From Thermoanaerobaculia bacterium (GTDB lineage: Bacteria; Acidobacteriota; Thermoanaerobaculia; Multivoradales; Multivoraceae), in contig OY761158.1 of NCBI GenBank assembly GCA_963664405.1, positions 6,144,001 through 6,208,000 of the forward strand: a stretch of DNA of 64,000 bases, in the 5' to 3' direction. Position 1 is the stretch's first letter; each line of letters starts with the position of its first letter. Positions 1 to 9,956 of this stretch are shown in pieces. The notes under the pieces are model-generated. The model saw nothing but the letters and a program-made list of their open reading frames with translations. It was not told the origin of the DNA and made no database searches. The position numbers and the translations under genes are program-made.

Positions 1-1209
1 CAGACTGTCGCCGTCGATCGGCTGGGGCCCGGTTGGCGTCGGTAAGCCCGCCAACTCGGTGAGGGTGGGGAAGAGGTCGACGGTTTCGACCAGGGCGCTG
101 GAGCTCGAGCCTGGCTTGGTGATTCCGGGGGCCGAGATCAGGATCGGAATCCGATTGGCTTGTTCATAGTTGGTGTGCTTGGTCCACATGCCGTGGTCGC
201 CGAGGTGGTAACCGTGGTCCCCCCACAAGACGATGATCGTGTTCTCTTCGAGTCCCAGGCGGTCGACCTCGTCGAGCACTCGACCCACCTGCGCATCCAT
301 GTAGCTGAGGGCTGCGAAGTAGCCGTGAATGAGCGTACGCTGCATCTCGTCGGCGACGGGAGGCTTCTCGGGGATCGGCTTGTAGGCCGACAATTCACCG
401 AGCGTCTTGCCGGCGTAAGCCGGAGCGCCCTGCGGTGGCTCCCTCAATTCCGCGAGCGAGAGCGCGCTTGGATCGTAGAGATCCCAGTACTTCTTCGGAG
501 CGCAGAAGGGCAGGTGCGGCTTGGTGAATCCGAGGGCCAGAAAGAACGCCTGGCCGGACTCTTTGTAGGCCTTCAGCCGTTTGATTCCTTCGCTGGCGAT
601 GCGTCCGTCGGCGTAGGCTCCGTCGTCGACATCCGCCTTCTCCCAAGCCGCGCCGCGAGTGAGTCCCGCTGCAGACTTGTTGCTGAAGAGGGCCTCTTCA
701 CGGGTGAGCTGGCCGTTGGTGCTGTCCGGGAGCACATAGTCGATCACTTTGTCCGGGTGGAAGGGCACGCTCCAAGAGTGGGTGTCGTTGATGTTGCCGT
801 GTCCGATATGAAAGACCTTGCCCACCCCGGCCGAGTGATACCCGTTCTGCTTGAAGTACTGTGGCATCGTGACCGCATCGGGCACCGCTTTGCGAAAGTG
901 GGTTTGCAGTCGATAGATCCCGAGCGACGTCGACCGCGATCCCACCAGCAGATTGTTGCGCGAGGGGGCACAGACCGCTTGATTGGTATAGGCCATATCG
1001 AATCGCATGCCCCTCGCGGCCAGCCGATCAAGGTTCGGTGAGTGAACCCATTTCTCTCCGTAGGCTCCGAATGCAGGCTTGAGATCGTCGACCAGAATGA
1101 GGAGGACGTTGGGTTTAGCCACGTCCGCGAAAATGAGCTGCGGACACAATCCGAGACACGAAAGGACAAGAGCAAGCGCAGCTGGTCTCGGGTTCATCCG
1201 ATTCATCAT
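1..1209 (-). CDS. Sulfatase, iduronate-2-sulfatase-like, secreted; 3' end runs off the window
   Basis: Manual translation from ATG at 1209: signal peptide, KPNVLLILVDDL, formylglycine motif CAPSR, GFTKPHLPF, WGDHGYHLGDHGMWTKHT. Missing from the ORF track because the stop lies outside the window. Confidence 0.9.
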   Translation of the reverse strand, partial: MMNRMNPRPAALALVLSCLGLCPQLIFADVAKPNVLLILVDDLKPAFGAYGEKWVHSPNLDRLAARGMRFDMAYTNQAVCAPSRNNLLVGSRSTSLGIYRLQTHFRKAVPDAVTMPQYFKQNGYHSAGVGKVFHIGHGNINDTHSWSVPFHPDKVIDYVLPDSTNGQLTREEALFSNKSAAGLTRGAAWEKADVDDGAYADGRIASEGIKRLKAYKESGQAFFLALGFTKPHLPFCAPKKYWDLYDPSALSLAELREPPQGAPAYAGKTLGELSAYKPIPEKPPVADEMQRTLIHGYFAALSYMDAQVGRVLDEVDRLGLEENTIIVLWGDHGYHLGDHGMWTKHTNYEQANRIPILISAPGITKPGSSSSALVETVDLFPTLTELAGLPTPTGPQPIDGDSL

Positions 1210-1264
1210 ACTGCGGCGAGCGGATGGTTGGACTAGTGAGTGGCGTGGCCGCTGCGCAATATCT

Positions 1265-1279
1265 TGGCAAGGATTTTGC
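1265..1279 (+). promoter_or_regulatory. Possible sigma-54 (-24/-12) promoter
   Basis: TGGCAAGGATTTTGC matches TGGCAC-N5-TTGC with correct GG/GC spacing; about 210 bp upstream of the CDS at 1490. Confidence 0.4.
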
Positions 1280-1489
1280 GACTAGTGAGTGAGCGACAAG
1301 TCGAGAGTTCCGGATGCCGCTCATCGCAAGGGTTCCGGGCTTCGAAGCCCACCCAGGTTGACGAAAATCGGGACCAAGGCCTGTCAAAAATTCGGGTGCC
1401 TCCGTGGTGCCACATTCCTCGCTCGCTGAACGGGCGGGATTCTATCGGCCTTCGGCCATTTGGGCTTATGCCCAGGGAGAGATGATCGG

Positions 1490-2809
1490 ATGACAAGAAG
1501 GGGTCCTTTTCTCGCAGTCCTGCTCCTCGCCGCAGTCGCGGCCGTGCCAGTCACCGCAAACCAGACCGTACTCGCGATCTCGAAGATTGCGGATTTCCTC
1601 TACGTCATCGACCCGAGCCTCGGGACCATTCTGACGGACTTGGAGCTCAGCGGCACCAATCTCCGCAGTGGCTTCACGCTCGGGCTCGCGGTAAGCCCGG
1701 TGACCGGCGAAGTCTTCTCCGTGCTGCGCTTCGACAACCCCGATGGCGACAATCACCCCCTCCTGGTGATCGATCCGGTGTCAGGGGTGGCCACCGAGAT
1801 CGGTAGTACCGGAGGCTCAGGCAACCTGAAGTTCGCCGATCTTAGTTTTGGGACCGACGGTACCCTCTACGGTGTGACCGGTGACGGCTCACCGACATCT
1901 CCCTCATCCCTCTTCATCATCGATACGTCGACGGGTTTTGCGACTCTGAAATTCGCTCTGGGGAACGGAGACGACGGCGAAGCTATCGCCTTCAACCCAG
2001 AGGATGGGCTCATCTACCACTTCTCTGGCTTTGGAGATCTGATTTTTGAGTCGGTCGATGCAACGACCGGTGCCACGACCGCGATCCCTCTCTCGGGGCC
2101 CGACGGCAACAACTTCCAAGAAGTGCTTTCGATGACCTACGCCGGCAATAGTAGCTTCTACACCGTCGATAGGGCTGGCAATGTCACCGTGGTTTCGACC
2201 GCAGGCGTTGCTACTACGAGCGGAGATCTCGGCAACCTGGCCAAGGGAATCGCCGTCATGCGGCCTATCGCCCTCTGTCTTGATCAGGAAGAGGTCGCCG
2301 ATAGTCAGTGTCTGGCCGACGCCTCGGTTGACGCCGGCTCCTTCGACCCCGACGGCGACTCGGTGACGCTCACGCAGAGCCCGGCGAGCCCCTACGGTCT
2401 TGGCGTGAGTGACGTAACCCTCAGCGTCTCGGACGGCGACGTGTCCACGAGCTGCGAGGCGAAGGTGACAGTCGTGGACCTCGCCCCGCCTGACGTGGAG
2501 TGTGGCCTACCAGCGAGTCTTGGTCCGCCGGACACACCTGTCGTCATTCAGGCGACGGCCGAAGACAACTGCAGCGCAACTGCCACGGTGGGGCCGGTCG
2601 ATTGCTACAAGCTCAACGGTGCCGGTAAGCGGATCGATGCCAACGATTCGTGCTCCGTCGTCAGCAGCGGTGACACCGTCACCATCCTGAACACCGGCGG
2701 CGTAGGTACCGTGCTCGAGTGGGAGGCTACCGCCGAGGACTCGAGTGGAAACACCGCCACCGAGACGTGCTCGATCGAAGTGTCGAATCCCGGCAAAGGT
2801 AAGAAGTAG
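1490..2809 (+). CDS. Secreted protein with N-terminal beta-propeller-like repeats and C-terminal Cys-rich HYR/Ig-like modules
   Basis: ATG 1490 after a GGGAGA RBS; signal peptide; repeated (I/V)DP.TG.AT motifs; C-terminal SFDPDGD, TATAEDNC-like and ATAEDSSGN motifs. Confidence 0.7.
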   Translation: MTRRGPFLAVLLLAAVAAVPVTANQTVLAISKIADFLYVIDPSLGTILTDLELSGTNLRSGFTLGLAVSPVTGEVFSVLRFDNPDGDNHPLLVIDPVSGVATEIGSTGGSGNLKFADLSFGTDGTLYGVTGDGSPTSPSSLFIIDTSTGFATLKFALGNGDDGEAIAFNPEDGLIYHFSGFGDLIFESVDATTGATTAIPLSGPDGNNFQEVLSMTYAGNSSFYTVDRAGNVTVVSTAGVATTSGDLGNLAKGIAVMRPIALCLDQEEVADSQCLADASVDAGSFDPDGDSVTLTQSPASPYGLGVSDVTLSVSDGDVSTSCEAKVTVVDLAPPDVECGLPASLGPPDTPVVIQATAEDNCSATATVGPVDCYKLNGAGKRIDANDSCSVVSSGDTVTILNTGGVGTVLEWEATAEDSSGNTATETCSIEVSNPGKGKK

Positions 2810-2889
2810 CGCCACTCTCGTCGTGGAGCGCGTCGGCACCGTCCCTTCTCGGTGCTCAGGTACGACATCCTGGACTCTGAGCCTGAGAC

Positions 2890-3012
2890 TTCGACGCCTT
2901 CGAGCAGGCCGATGTCACCTCGACCCGACGCTACGGCGGAACCGGTTTGGGATTCTCAATTACCAAACGCTTGGTCGAGTTTCTTGACGGGCGTATCGGC
3001 GTCACCAGCGAC
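2890..3012 (+). pseudogene. Fragment of a sensor histidine kinase HATPase_c domain
   Basis: Translates as [40 protein letters not shown] (F and G2 boxes); no start and no other kinase domain. Confidence 0.8.
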
Positions 3013-3066
3013 GTCCTTCGGTTGAGATTCTCCGGCTAGGTAGAGCGGAGTTGCCTACGACCATTT

Positions 3067-4368
3067 TCAACGCTGCTGCCACTCCCCACCCTGCATCACG
3101 CGTTCGATCTTGCGTGTGTTTTGGATGTCGGCCTCGGGATCCGCAAACAGAAGAACGAGATCTGCGATCTTGCCGCGGGTCAGAACCCCGAACTCGGCAG
3201 CTCCGCCCTCCAACTGCTTTGCTCCGTTTCCAGTAGCCGCTGCGATCGCCTGGACTGGCGACAGGCCGGCTTCGACAAAGAGGCGCATCTCGTGGTGGGT
3301 TGCCCACCCGAAGGGGACATTGCCCGCACCGCTGTCCGAGCCGACGAGGAGGGTCACTCCGGCGTCACGCATGGCGCGCACGAAGTGCTGTTGTCTGGCG
3401 TAGATCGTCCGCCAGCGCGCGGTCGCCGGGCTGGCCAAGATCTGCTCCCGGGTCTCCGCGCTCTCCAGCCGCTCGAGTGTGGCGGCTCTGAATCCGGCAC
3501 GGATGTCGGGGTCGCTCAGCTGATCGGGGTTCTCGGGCAGGAACCATGAATCTTGCGTCTTGGTAAGGGCGGGAGCGAACGAGAGACCCAGCTCCTTCGC
3601 CTTCTGGCCGAAGGCGAGCCCCACCTCATGGGAGCGTACGCCGTGGAGAAACTGCCGTACGCCGACCTCCGCCAACTGCCAGATGTCGGCCTCATCGAAG
3701 ACATGGGCCACGGTCGGAATCCCGTGGAGCCTCGCTTCGTCGGCGATCGCGGCACGGATCTCAGGCGAGATCTTCTTCTTGGTGCCGTTCCAATCGTCGA
3801 TCCACATCTTGACGAAGTCCAGCCGGCCGGAGGTCTGCGAGCGCACCATCTCACGCGCCTCTTCCTCACTCGTGGGCGCGTTCATCCCTGGCGGATTCCC
3901 GTCCGGATAGATGAATCCAACGCCGGCGGTGTAAAGCCGTGGGCCCGGGATGACTCCGGCCTCGGCATCCGCCATTATGGCGAGATTGTCCTCGCGATCG
4001 TTTCCCATGCCGCGAGTCGTTGTCACTCCCATCCGCAGTTGAGCGAGGTACTGCCGCTCGACCTCCTCACGGCCGCCGCCGTAGTGGCAGTGGAGGTCGA
4101 TGAGGCCGGGAATCACCACTTTGCCGGCACCGTTTACGATCTCCGCCTCCTCGGGAAGAGCCGTAACGGAGCGCCTTCCCACGCTTTCGATTCGGCCGTC
4201 GCGAATTACGATCAGGGAGTCGTAGATCGGCTCGGCGCCTGTCCCGTCGATGAGCTTGGCTCCTACGATGGCAATTGCCTGGGGCCCGATCGTTGGCGGT
4301 GCGCTCTCGCTTTGACATCCGACCGCGAGGATGGCGACGCTCAGAAGAGACAGCAGAGGACGTTTCAT
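3067..4368 (-). CDS. Amidohydrolase family lipoprotein
   Basis: Lipobox LAVGC; PGLIDLHCH metal motif; GSDSG; GKIADLVLL..DP. Confidence 0.9.
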   Translation of the reverse strand: MKRPLLSLLSVAILAVGCQSESAPPTIGPQAIAIVGAKLIDGTGAEPIYDSLIVIRDGRIESVGRRSVTALPEEAEIVNGAGKVVIPGLIDLHCHYGGGREEVERQYLAQLRMGVTTTRGMGNDREDNLAIMADAEAGVIPGPRLYTAGVGFIYPDGNPPGMNAPTSEEEAREMVRSQTSGRLDFVKMWIDDWNGTKKKISPEIRAAIADEARLHGIPTVAHVFDEADIWQLAEVGVRQFLHGVRSHEVGLAFGQKAKELGLSFAPALTKTQDSWFLPENPDQLSDPDIRAGFRAATLERLESAETREQILASPATARWRTIYARQQHFVRAMRDAGVTLLVGSDSGAGNVPFGWATHHEMRLFVEAGLSPVQAIAAATGNGAKQLEGGAAEFGVLTRGKIADLVLLFADPEADIQNTRKIERVMQGGEWQQR

Positions 4369-4592
4369 CTCCGTAGAATCTTCTCGAATGCTAGAGTCCC
4401 AATCGAAGTCAGTCGACCGATAGGAGAAGCCGGCGCGCCAATGGCGCGGGCTTCCGGAAAATGACAGATATCACTTCCATCAGCTAGTGGTTTCTGGCCG
4501 AGTGCCCATCTGGGCGACTCGCTAGCCTGCTGCGCAGGCCGCGACACTCCGTTTTCTGTACACCGATCTCTACTCCTCCGGGAGGGGGGCGC

Positions 4593-6179
4593 ATGTCTTC
4601 TATCGTCTTCGACAAGGTCGACTTTCACTATAGCAAGCCGTTCTGCGACGTCTTCACCGGCGTCGACCTCGTGATCGACACCGACTGGCGGACGGCTCTC
4701 GTTGCGCGCAACGGGCGAGGCAAGACCACGCTTCTGCGTCTGATCGCCGGCGACGCTCGGCCTACTCGCGGGCACCTCGAGGCCGATTTGACAGCGCTGA
4801 TCTTTCCCTACGATCCGCCAAGCCCGGCGGCGGCCACTCGCTCGGTGATTCGCGCCGCGGTGGCCCCATTCGACGCCTGGGCACTGCGGATGACTGAGCT
4901 CAGCGAAGACCCGAGTGAGGAGGCGATAGAGCGCTACGGTGAGATCGCGTCACGCTTCGAGGAGGCGGGTGGGTACGAGATCGACTCTCGAATCGAGCGC
5001 GAGGTCGCGGCTCTGGGTCTCGACGCCGAGATCCTCGAGCGGCCTTTCACTACGCTCAGCGGTGGCGAGCAGACCCGGGCCCTGATCGCCGGCCTCTTTC
5101 TCAGCCCTGGCGCCTTCCCGCTCATCGACGAGCCGACGAACCATCTCGACATGGCGGGTCGAAGCTTGTTGGCCGACTACCTTTCACGCAAGAACGGGTT
5201 CATTGTCGCCTCTCACGACCGCGCACTTCTCGATGCCTGCGTCGACTACGTGGTCGCGATCGAGAGGTCCGGCATCTCTGTCATCCACGGCAACTACTCG
5301 ACCTGGCGAGAGCAGCGGGATCGCACAGAGGAGCACGAGCGGCGGCGTAGAGAGAACCTCGAGCGCGAGGTGAGCCAGCTCCGTAAGGCCTCCGGCGCGC
5401 GCCGCCAGGGCGCCACGAAGAAGGAGCGGGAGAAGCGAGGGGCGGCAGACAAAGGCTTCATCGGTCATCGGGCGGCGAAGCAGATGAAGCGGGCCATCGA
5501 AATCGAACGGCGGGTCGAGCGCCGACTCGAGGAGAAGGAGGGCCTGTTACCGAACTGGGAAAAGGACCGCTCTCTAAAGCTCGAAGCTCGTGCCGACGGG
5601 CCGACCATCGTCCTCACGGTCAACAACCTGCGTCTCACTCTCGAGGACCGCGCACTGGTCGATAACCTCTCTTTCACTCTTCGGCGCGGCGATCGTATAG
5701 TCCTCACCGGTCCCAACGGCTGCGGCAAGTCGACCCTCCTCGATGCGATCGCTGGAGAGTCTCTCGCCGGTCCCTTCTCGACCGGCGGTACGGTCTCGCG
5801 CCCGGCGCATCTGCGTTGCTGCCGTAGCTTTCAGCTTCCGGTCTGGAATCACGGGTCGCTGGCCGAGGTCCTCGAGCGAGCCGGGATCGACGAGACGCGT
5901 TTCCGCCAGATGCTCGGCGTCCTCGACGTGGACCGGGAGGTCTTCGACCACCCACTGGAGACCTTGAGCCAAGGGCAGCTGAAGAAGGTGGATCTTGCGC
6001 GCTCACTGATGGACCCCGCCGATCTCTTGATCTGGGACGAGCCGATGAACTTCATCGACGTTTTGTCGCGGGAGCGAATCGAAGAAGCGATTCTCGCCGG
6101 GGAGCCCACTCTCCTGATCGTCGAGCACGATCGAGCCTTCGTCGATCGGGTGGCGACCGAGGTCATCGCCCTCGGCTAG
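4593..6179 (+). CDS. ABC-F ATPase, Lsa-like ribosomal protection family
   Basis: Two ABC domains (RNGRGKTT/LSGGE/LIDEPTNHLD and GPNGCGKST/LSQGQ/IWDEPMNFID), charged linker, no transmembrane segments; N-terminal IDTDW motif as in Lsa proteins. Confidence 0.85.
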   Translation: MSSIVFDKVDFHYSKPFCDVFTGVDLVIDTDWRTALVARNGRGKTTLLRLIAGDARPTRGHLEADLTALIFPYDPPSPAAATRSVIRAAVAPFDAWALRMTELSEDPSEEAIERYGEIASRFEEAGGYEIDSRIEREVAALGLDAEILERPFTTLSGGEQTRALIAGLFLSPGAFPLIDEPTNHLDMAGRSLLADYLSRKNGFIVASHDRALLDACVDYVVAIERSGISVIHGNYSTWREQRDRTEEHERRRRENLEREVSQLRKASGARRQGATKKEREKRGAADKGFIGHRAAKQMKRAIEIERRVERRLEEKEGLLPNWEKDRSLKLEARADGPTIVLTVNNLRLTLEDRALVDNLSFTLRRGDRIVLTGPNGCGKSTLLDAIAGESLAGPFSTGGTVSRPAHLRCCRSFQLPVWNHGSLAEVLERAGIDETRFRQMLGVLDVDREVFDHPLETLSQGQLKKVDLARSLMDPADLLIWDEPMNFIDVLSRERIEEAILAGEPTLLIVEHDRAFVDRVATEVIALG

Positions 6180-6595
6180 AGGCTTCCCCTTGGCACCACC
6201 CATTCCACCGACTGGCCGGTGACTTCAGAGATCGTGTCGTAATCGCTGTCGTAGTGCAGAACCGTGAGGTTGGCGATCTCGGCCGCTGCGGCGACCAGGA
6301 GATCGGGTATCGGAACGCGATGCCGGCCGCTCTTGGCGAGCTCTCCCTGAACATCCATCGCCCGTTCAAAAACCTCTTCGCTGAGTGGAACCTTCGGGTA
6401 GGCGAGGGCCCGCCGTTCCCGTGTACGCCTGTGCTCCTCGAAGCTTCGGACGCTGTAGAGCACTTCGAGGTCGACGATCGAACAGCTTGCCACCTCACCA
6501 GCTTCGATGATGGGAGCCAATCGCCGCCTTACCGGCTCGAGCGGCATTCGTGAGAGCGCACTCTTGTCGGCAAGAAAGCGGGTCACGACCGCCAC
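6176..6595 (-). CDS. vapC: PIN-domain toxin
   Basis: FLADKSA, DLEVLYS, IPDLLVAAAA, VLHYDSDY PIN motifs; overlaps the upstream antitoxin. Confidence 0.9.
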   Translation of the reverse strand: MAVVTRFLADKSALSRMPLEPVRRRLAPIIEAGEVASCSIVDLEVLYSVRSFEEHRRTRERRALAYPKVPLSEEVFERAMDVQGELAKSGRHRVPIPDLLVAAAAEIANLTVLHYDSDYDTISEVTGQSVEWVVPRGSL

Positions 6596-6798
6596 GCCCC
6601 GGCCATCACTTCCGGGTCGGCCAGGTCGAGATCCTTCATCCGGGTCAGCGCCTTGACCTCCTGACGCCTGGCTTCCGTCCGCAAAACGTCGCGAAACGCC
6701 TCTTCGACGGTCTCCCTGATTGTGCTCGTGTCGAGGATCCGTTTCGCAGCTTCGAGCAATTCGTCGTCGATCTCTACGCTTGTCTTTCTACTTCCCAT
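6583..6798 (-). CDS. vapB: VapB-type antitoxin
   Basis: [28 protein letters not shown]; 71 aa, directly upstream of the PIN toxin. Confidence 0.85.
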   Translation of the reverse strand: MGSRKTSVEIDDELLEAAKRILDTSTIRETVEEAFRDVLRTEARRQEVKALTRMKDLDLADPEVMAGAWRS

Positions 6799-6909
6799 TC
6801 GTTGGACCTTTTCGGTGCGATCGAAAGGAGAATATCAAGAATGGGGGAATTGGATATCTCTTTGAGTCGTGTCTAGATATCTATTCATTCGGGCAGAATT
6901 CAGCTTCCG

Positions 6910-7058
6910 ATGACACTCGAAGCAGGTTCGACTCTCGTTACGAGATCCTTGCGCCGTTGGGAGCCGGCGGCATGGGGGAGGTCTACCGCGCCCGCGACCT
7001 CAATCTCGAACGCGAGGTCGCATTTCTCGAGAAGTACTTCGGCCCAGTCGAGCGCTAA
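6910..7058 (+). pseudogene. Internally deleted Ser/Thr protein kinase remnant
   Basis: MTLEAGST, frameshift, then [29 protein letters not shown] (subdomains I-II) joined to [11 protein letters not shown]. Confidence 0.8.
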
Positions 7059-7063
7059 CGGCT

Positions 7064-8977
7064 CTACGGCGTATACCAGATCGGCGAGGACCAGGCGCGC
7101 TCCTGAATCGTGGCAGGGAAGTCCTGACGCGGTGCGACCCCGGCACGCAGTGCGTCCCAGGTCGACCAGCGGCAGGTCGGGTTCTCCAGCACTCGCACGT
7201 AGTAGAAGGCCCGCTGGCCGGCGTCGAAGTCCGGGTCCGTCCAGGTGGTCTTGAGCTCGGTAGCGCCGACACCCTCACTGATCGAGCAATCGCTCAGATC
7301 GACGGAGGCCCCATTGTCTGGACAGCGATGAGTGGCCGAGTTGACAGCAAGTCCGTCTGAGCAGGCGACGTCATAGACGCGCTCCTCGGTTTCGGTGCCC
7401 ACCGACCAACCTTTGACGATCTGCACCCGCTGAAGGGGTGCAGTCATGGCGTCGCGCATCGCCCAGACCAGGAAGCTGGGTGCGCCGCCTCCGTTGAGAT
7501 CGCCGCCCATCGGCACGCCGGCCCGATAGGCTGTCTCGATCAGATCCGACGCCTCGAGGTCGAGCCCCGCCAGATCCGTGCCGCCGAAGAAGCGCACTCG
7601 CATGCGCGTGCCGGAGGTGGCGAAGGTTTCTTTACGGCGCATGCCGTCGAAGAGAGATGAGCGGGTGTTCTCCTCGGCCCATACCCCGGCAAGACCCGAG
7701 CCGCCGTTAGTGATGGTGGTGGTGAAGGGGTAAGTGCGACCGCTGCCGTCGTCGACCGCCTCGATGTCGCCCGTCGGCTCACTGGGTACCGAGGCCCGTT
7801 GCTCGGCCGAGTTGGTTTGTAGCCCGGATGCGCCCCAGAAGTCCTCTTCACTAAAAGAGCCGGCCGCGACATGGGTGTCACTGGAGCCGATGACGCCGAG
7901 CTTGTAAGGGTTGTCGAGACCGCTGGCCTCGATCTCGAGCCCGCGGCGAAAGGCGTCGCGGACATAGCTCCCCGGCGGCTCACTGAGGATACTTGTCGAG
8001 ACCCGATAGGGCATGATCTCGAAGTCGGCCCATTCGTCGTTGGGAGAGAGGGAAGGATGGGTTTCCGAGGTGCCTTTGGTCTGAGTGATCTCGGCGAGTG
8101 GCTCGTTGCGGCTGCGCTTCTCGACGTAGGCGCTGTCGATGGCGCCGCCCTCGAAATACTCCTTCTCGAACATACGGCCGCCGGAACCGTTCATGTTGTG
8201 AGGGATGGCCAGCGCTTCGATGCCGTCGGCGCGCCACTCGTCCATCTTCGCCCACAGGTCTTCGGGATTGAAAGAGTCGAGGCGCGAGAAAGGAATGTCG
8301 GGCACCTTCGAGCCACGGAAGACCACATTGCGGTGTAGGTTCTCGTAGATACCGCCAGGACCGGCCGAGGTGTACTCATAGGCGATAAAGGCGGTGAAGA
8401 CGCCTGGGTCATTGTGGCGGTTCGCGGATGCGGCGATCTCGCTCCATGCGGAGCGCACGATGTCCTTGTTGAGATGCGTCCTTATGCTCGGGTCGGCGTC
8501 TTTCATATAGCGGACGTAGGGCTGCATGGCGGCAAAAATACTCTGTCGCTCGGCCTGGGTCTCGCCCCCGTTCCGTACGGTCTCGGCCGCCGGGTGACCA
8601 TAGGCCGGCGAGTCGGGGTCGTTCATCGCGACCAACATGCCCAGGTAGTTGGCGTGGTCGGCAACGCCTTGAAAGTCCAAGGGTCGGTCGAGCTTCAAGT
8701 CGAAGCCCGCGGGATGCTTGATGGCGTTACCCTTGGCATATTCGTAGGCCTCGTCAGGACCGGCTCGCGTTCCGAACACGAATGCGTCGTACGAATAGCG
8801 GGTGTGGACGTGGAGGTCGCCGAAGTAGGCGTTGCGCTCGTGCGGTGCTGCCGCCGAGCCGGATTCGCCGGCATCTCGGCGCGCCGCATCACTCTCGTGT
8901 GTCGACGGATCCGGAGTCTCGGTGGAGCAAGCCGCAATTAGAGAAGCACCCAGAAGCAGCGCAGTGATTCGGCGCAT
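7064..8977 (-). CDS. DUF3604 family PHP-like metallohydrolase, lipoprotein
   Basis: ATG 8977 after GAGGAGG; lipobox IAAC; YFGDLHVHTRYSYDA, AYEYTS, NLHRNV, IPHNMN, KGTSETHP, SDTH, ERAWSSPIWY. Confidence 0.9.
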   Translation of the reverse strand: MRRITALLLGASLIAACSTETPDPSTHESDAARRDAGESGSAAAPHERNAYFGDLHVHTRYSYDAFVFGTRAGPDEAYEYAKGNAIKHPAGFDLKLDRPLDFQGVADHANYLGMLVAMNDPDSPAYGHPAAETVRNGGETQAERQSIFAAMQPYVRYMKDADPSIRTHLNKDIVRSAWSEIAASANRHNDPGVFTAFIAYEYTSAGPGGIYENLHRNVVFRGSKVPDIPFSRLDSFNPEDLWAKMDEWRADGIEALAIPHNMNGSGGRMFEKEYFEGGAIDSAYVEKRSRNEPLAEITQTKGTSETHPSLSPNDEWADFEIMPYRVSTSILSEPPGSYVRDAFRRGLEIEASGLDNPYKLGVIGSSDTHVAAGSFSEEDFWGASGLQTNSAEQRASVPSEPTGDIEAVDDGSGRTYPFTTTITNGGSGLAGVWAEENTRSSLFDGMRRKETFATSGTRMRVRFFGGTDLAGLDLEASDLIETAYRAGVPMGGDLNGGGAPSFLVWAMRDAMTAPLQRVQIVKGWSVGTETEERVYDVACSDGLAVNSATHRCPDNGASVDLSDCSISEGVGATELKTTWTDPDFDAGQRAFYYVRVLENPTCRWSTWDALRAGVAPRQDFPATIQERAWSSPIWYTP

Positions 8978-9131
8978 GAAAACCTCCTCGTGGCCAAAAC
9001 CGTTATGTGACTGGCGAGGCATCTTACACCCGCGGCCGGGGGCAGTTGGGTCACCCTTCCCGTCGACGAGCGGTGTCAGCCAGCGCCTCTATCTTAGGTC
9101 CACGCCGAGTGGGATATGATTTCGACCACTT

Positions 9132-9953
9132 GTGCTGATCAGATCGAAGGTTCCCCGATCGCGCCGCTCCAGCAGAGCGGCGTTGCTCGTTTTCGCCATG
9201 GTCCTACTGGCCTTGACGGTAGTGGCGCAGGAACCGGGGGATCCCGACGCTGATCGGATCGCCGGACAGACCGACGCGGACCGTGAGCGCGGCGAGAAGC
9301 TGTTCGAAGCTCACTGTGCCCGCTGCCACAGCGTTGGCGGCACCGGCGGTGAGGGACCTGCACTGACCCGCCCGACTCTGCGCCGAGCCGCCGATCACTC
9401 GGCGCTGGTGGCGCTCATCCGTCTGGGGATCGTCGGCACGGAGATGCCGGCGAACTCGATGCTGAGCGAGGACGAGGCCTGGCAGATCGCCGGCTATGTC
9501 CGCTCCCTCGGCCGGGTCGAGATCGGGCCGCTCCCTGGCGACCCATCGAACGGCCGGACGCTTTACGACGAGCAGGGCTGTGAGGCCTGCCATATCCTCC
9601 GGGGGCAGGGACGAGGCATCGGGCCCGAGCTCACCGACATCGGCATCCGCCGAGGCGCCGACCACCTGCGCCAGGCCTTGATGGATCCGGCCGCCGTGAT
9701 CGCGGACGACTACCTGATGGTTCGCGTGCGCACGGCCGATGGCCGCACGCTGCGCGGCCTGCGCCTCAACGAAGACGCCTTCACCATCCAGCTCCGCGAC
9801 GCCGACAACCGCCTCCACTCCTTCGACAAGGCCGAGATCCAGGCCCTGCGCAAGGAGCCGGGATCTACCGTCATGATCTCCTACGCCCGGCGTCTTTCGA
9901 AGCGAGAGCTCGACGATCTCGTCGCCTGGCTGGCCAGCTTACGCGGAGACTGA
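9132..9953 (+). CDS. Di-heme c-type cytochrome, probable partner of the adjacent quinoprotein
   Basis: Signal peptide; CARCH and CEACH heme motifs; GPELTDIG. Confidence 0.85.
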   Translation: MLIRSKVPRSRRSSRAALLVFAMVLLALTVVAQEPGDPDADRIAGQTDADRERGEKLFEAHCARCHSVGGTGGEGPALTRPTLRRAADHSALVALIRLGIVGTEMPANSMLSEDEAWQIAGYVRSLGRVEIGPLPGDPSNGRTLYDEQGCEACHILRGQGRGIGPELTDIGIRRGADHLRQALMDPAAVIADDYLMVRVRTADGRTLRGLRLNEDAFTIQLRDADNRLHSFDKAEIQALRKEPGSTVMISYARRLSKRELDDLVAWLASLRGD

Positions 9954-9956
9954 CTC

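Noticed and set aside
160-1041. 293-aa plus-strand ORF and similar long antisense ORFs (16627-18072, 40168-41775, 48360-49586, 54975-56330)
   Set aside because: Shadow frames of real genes in high-GC DNA, with no recognisable motifs.
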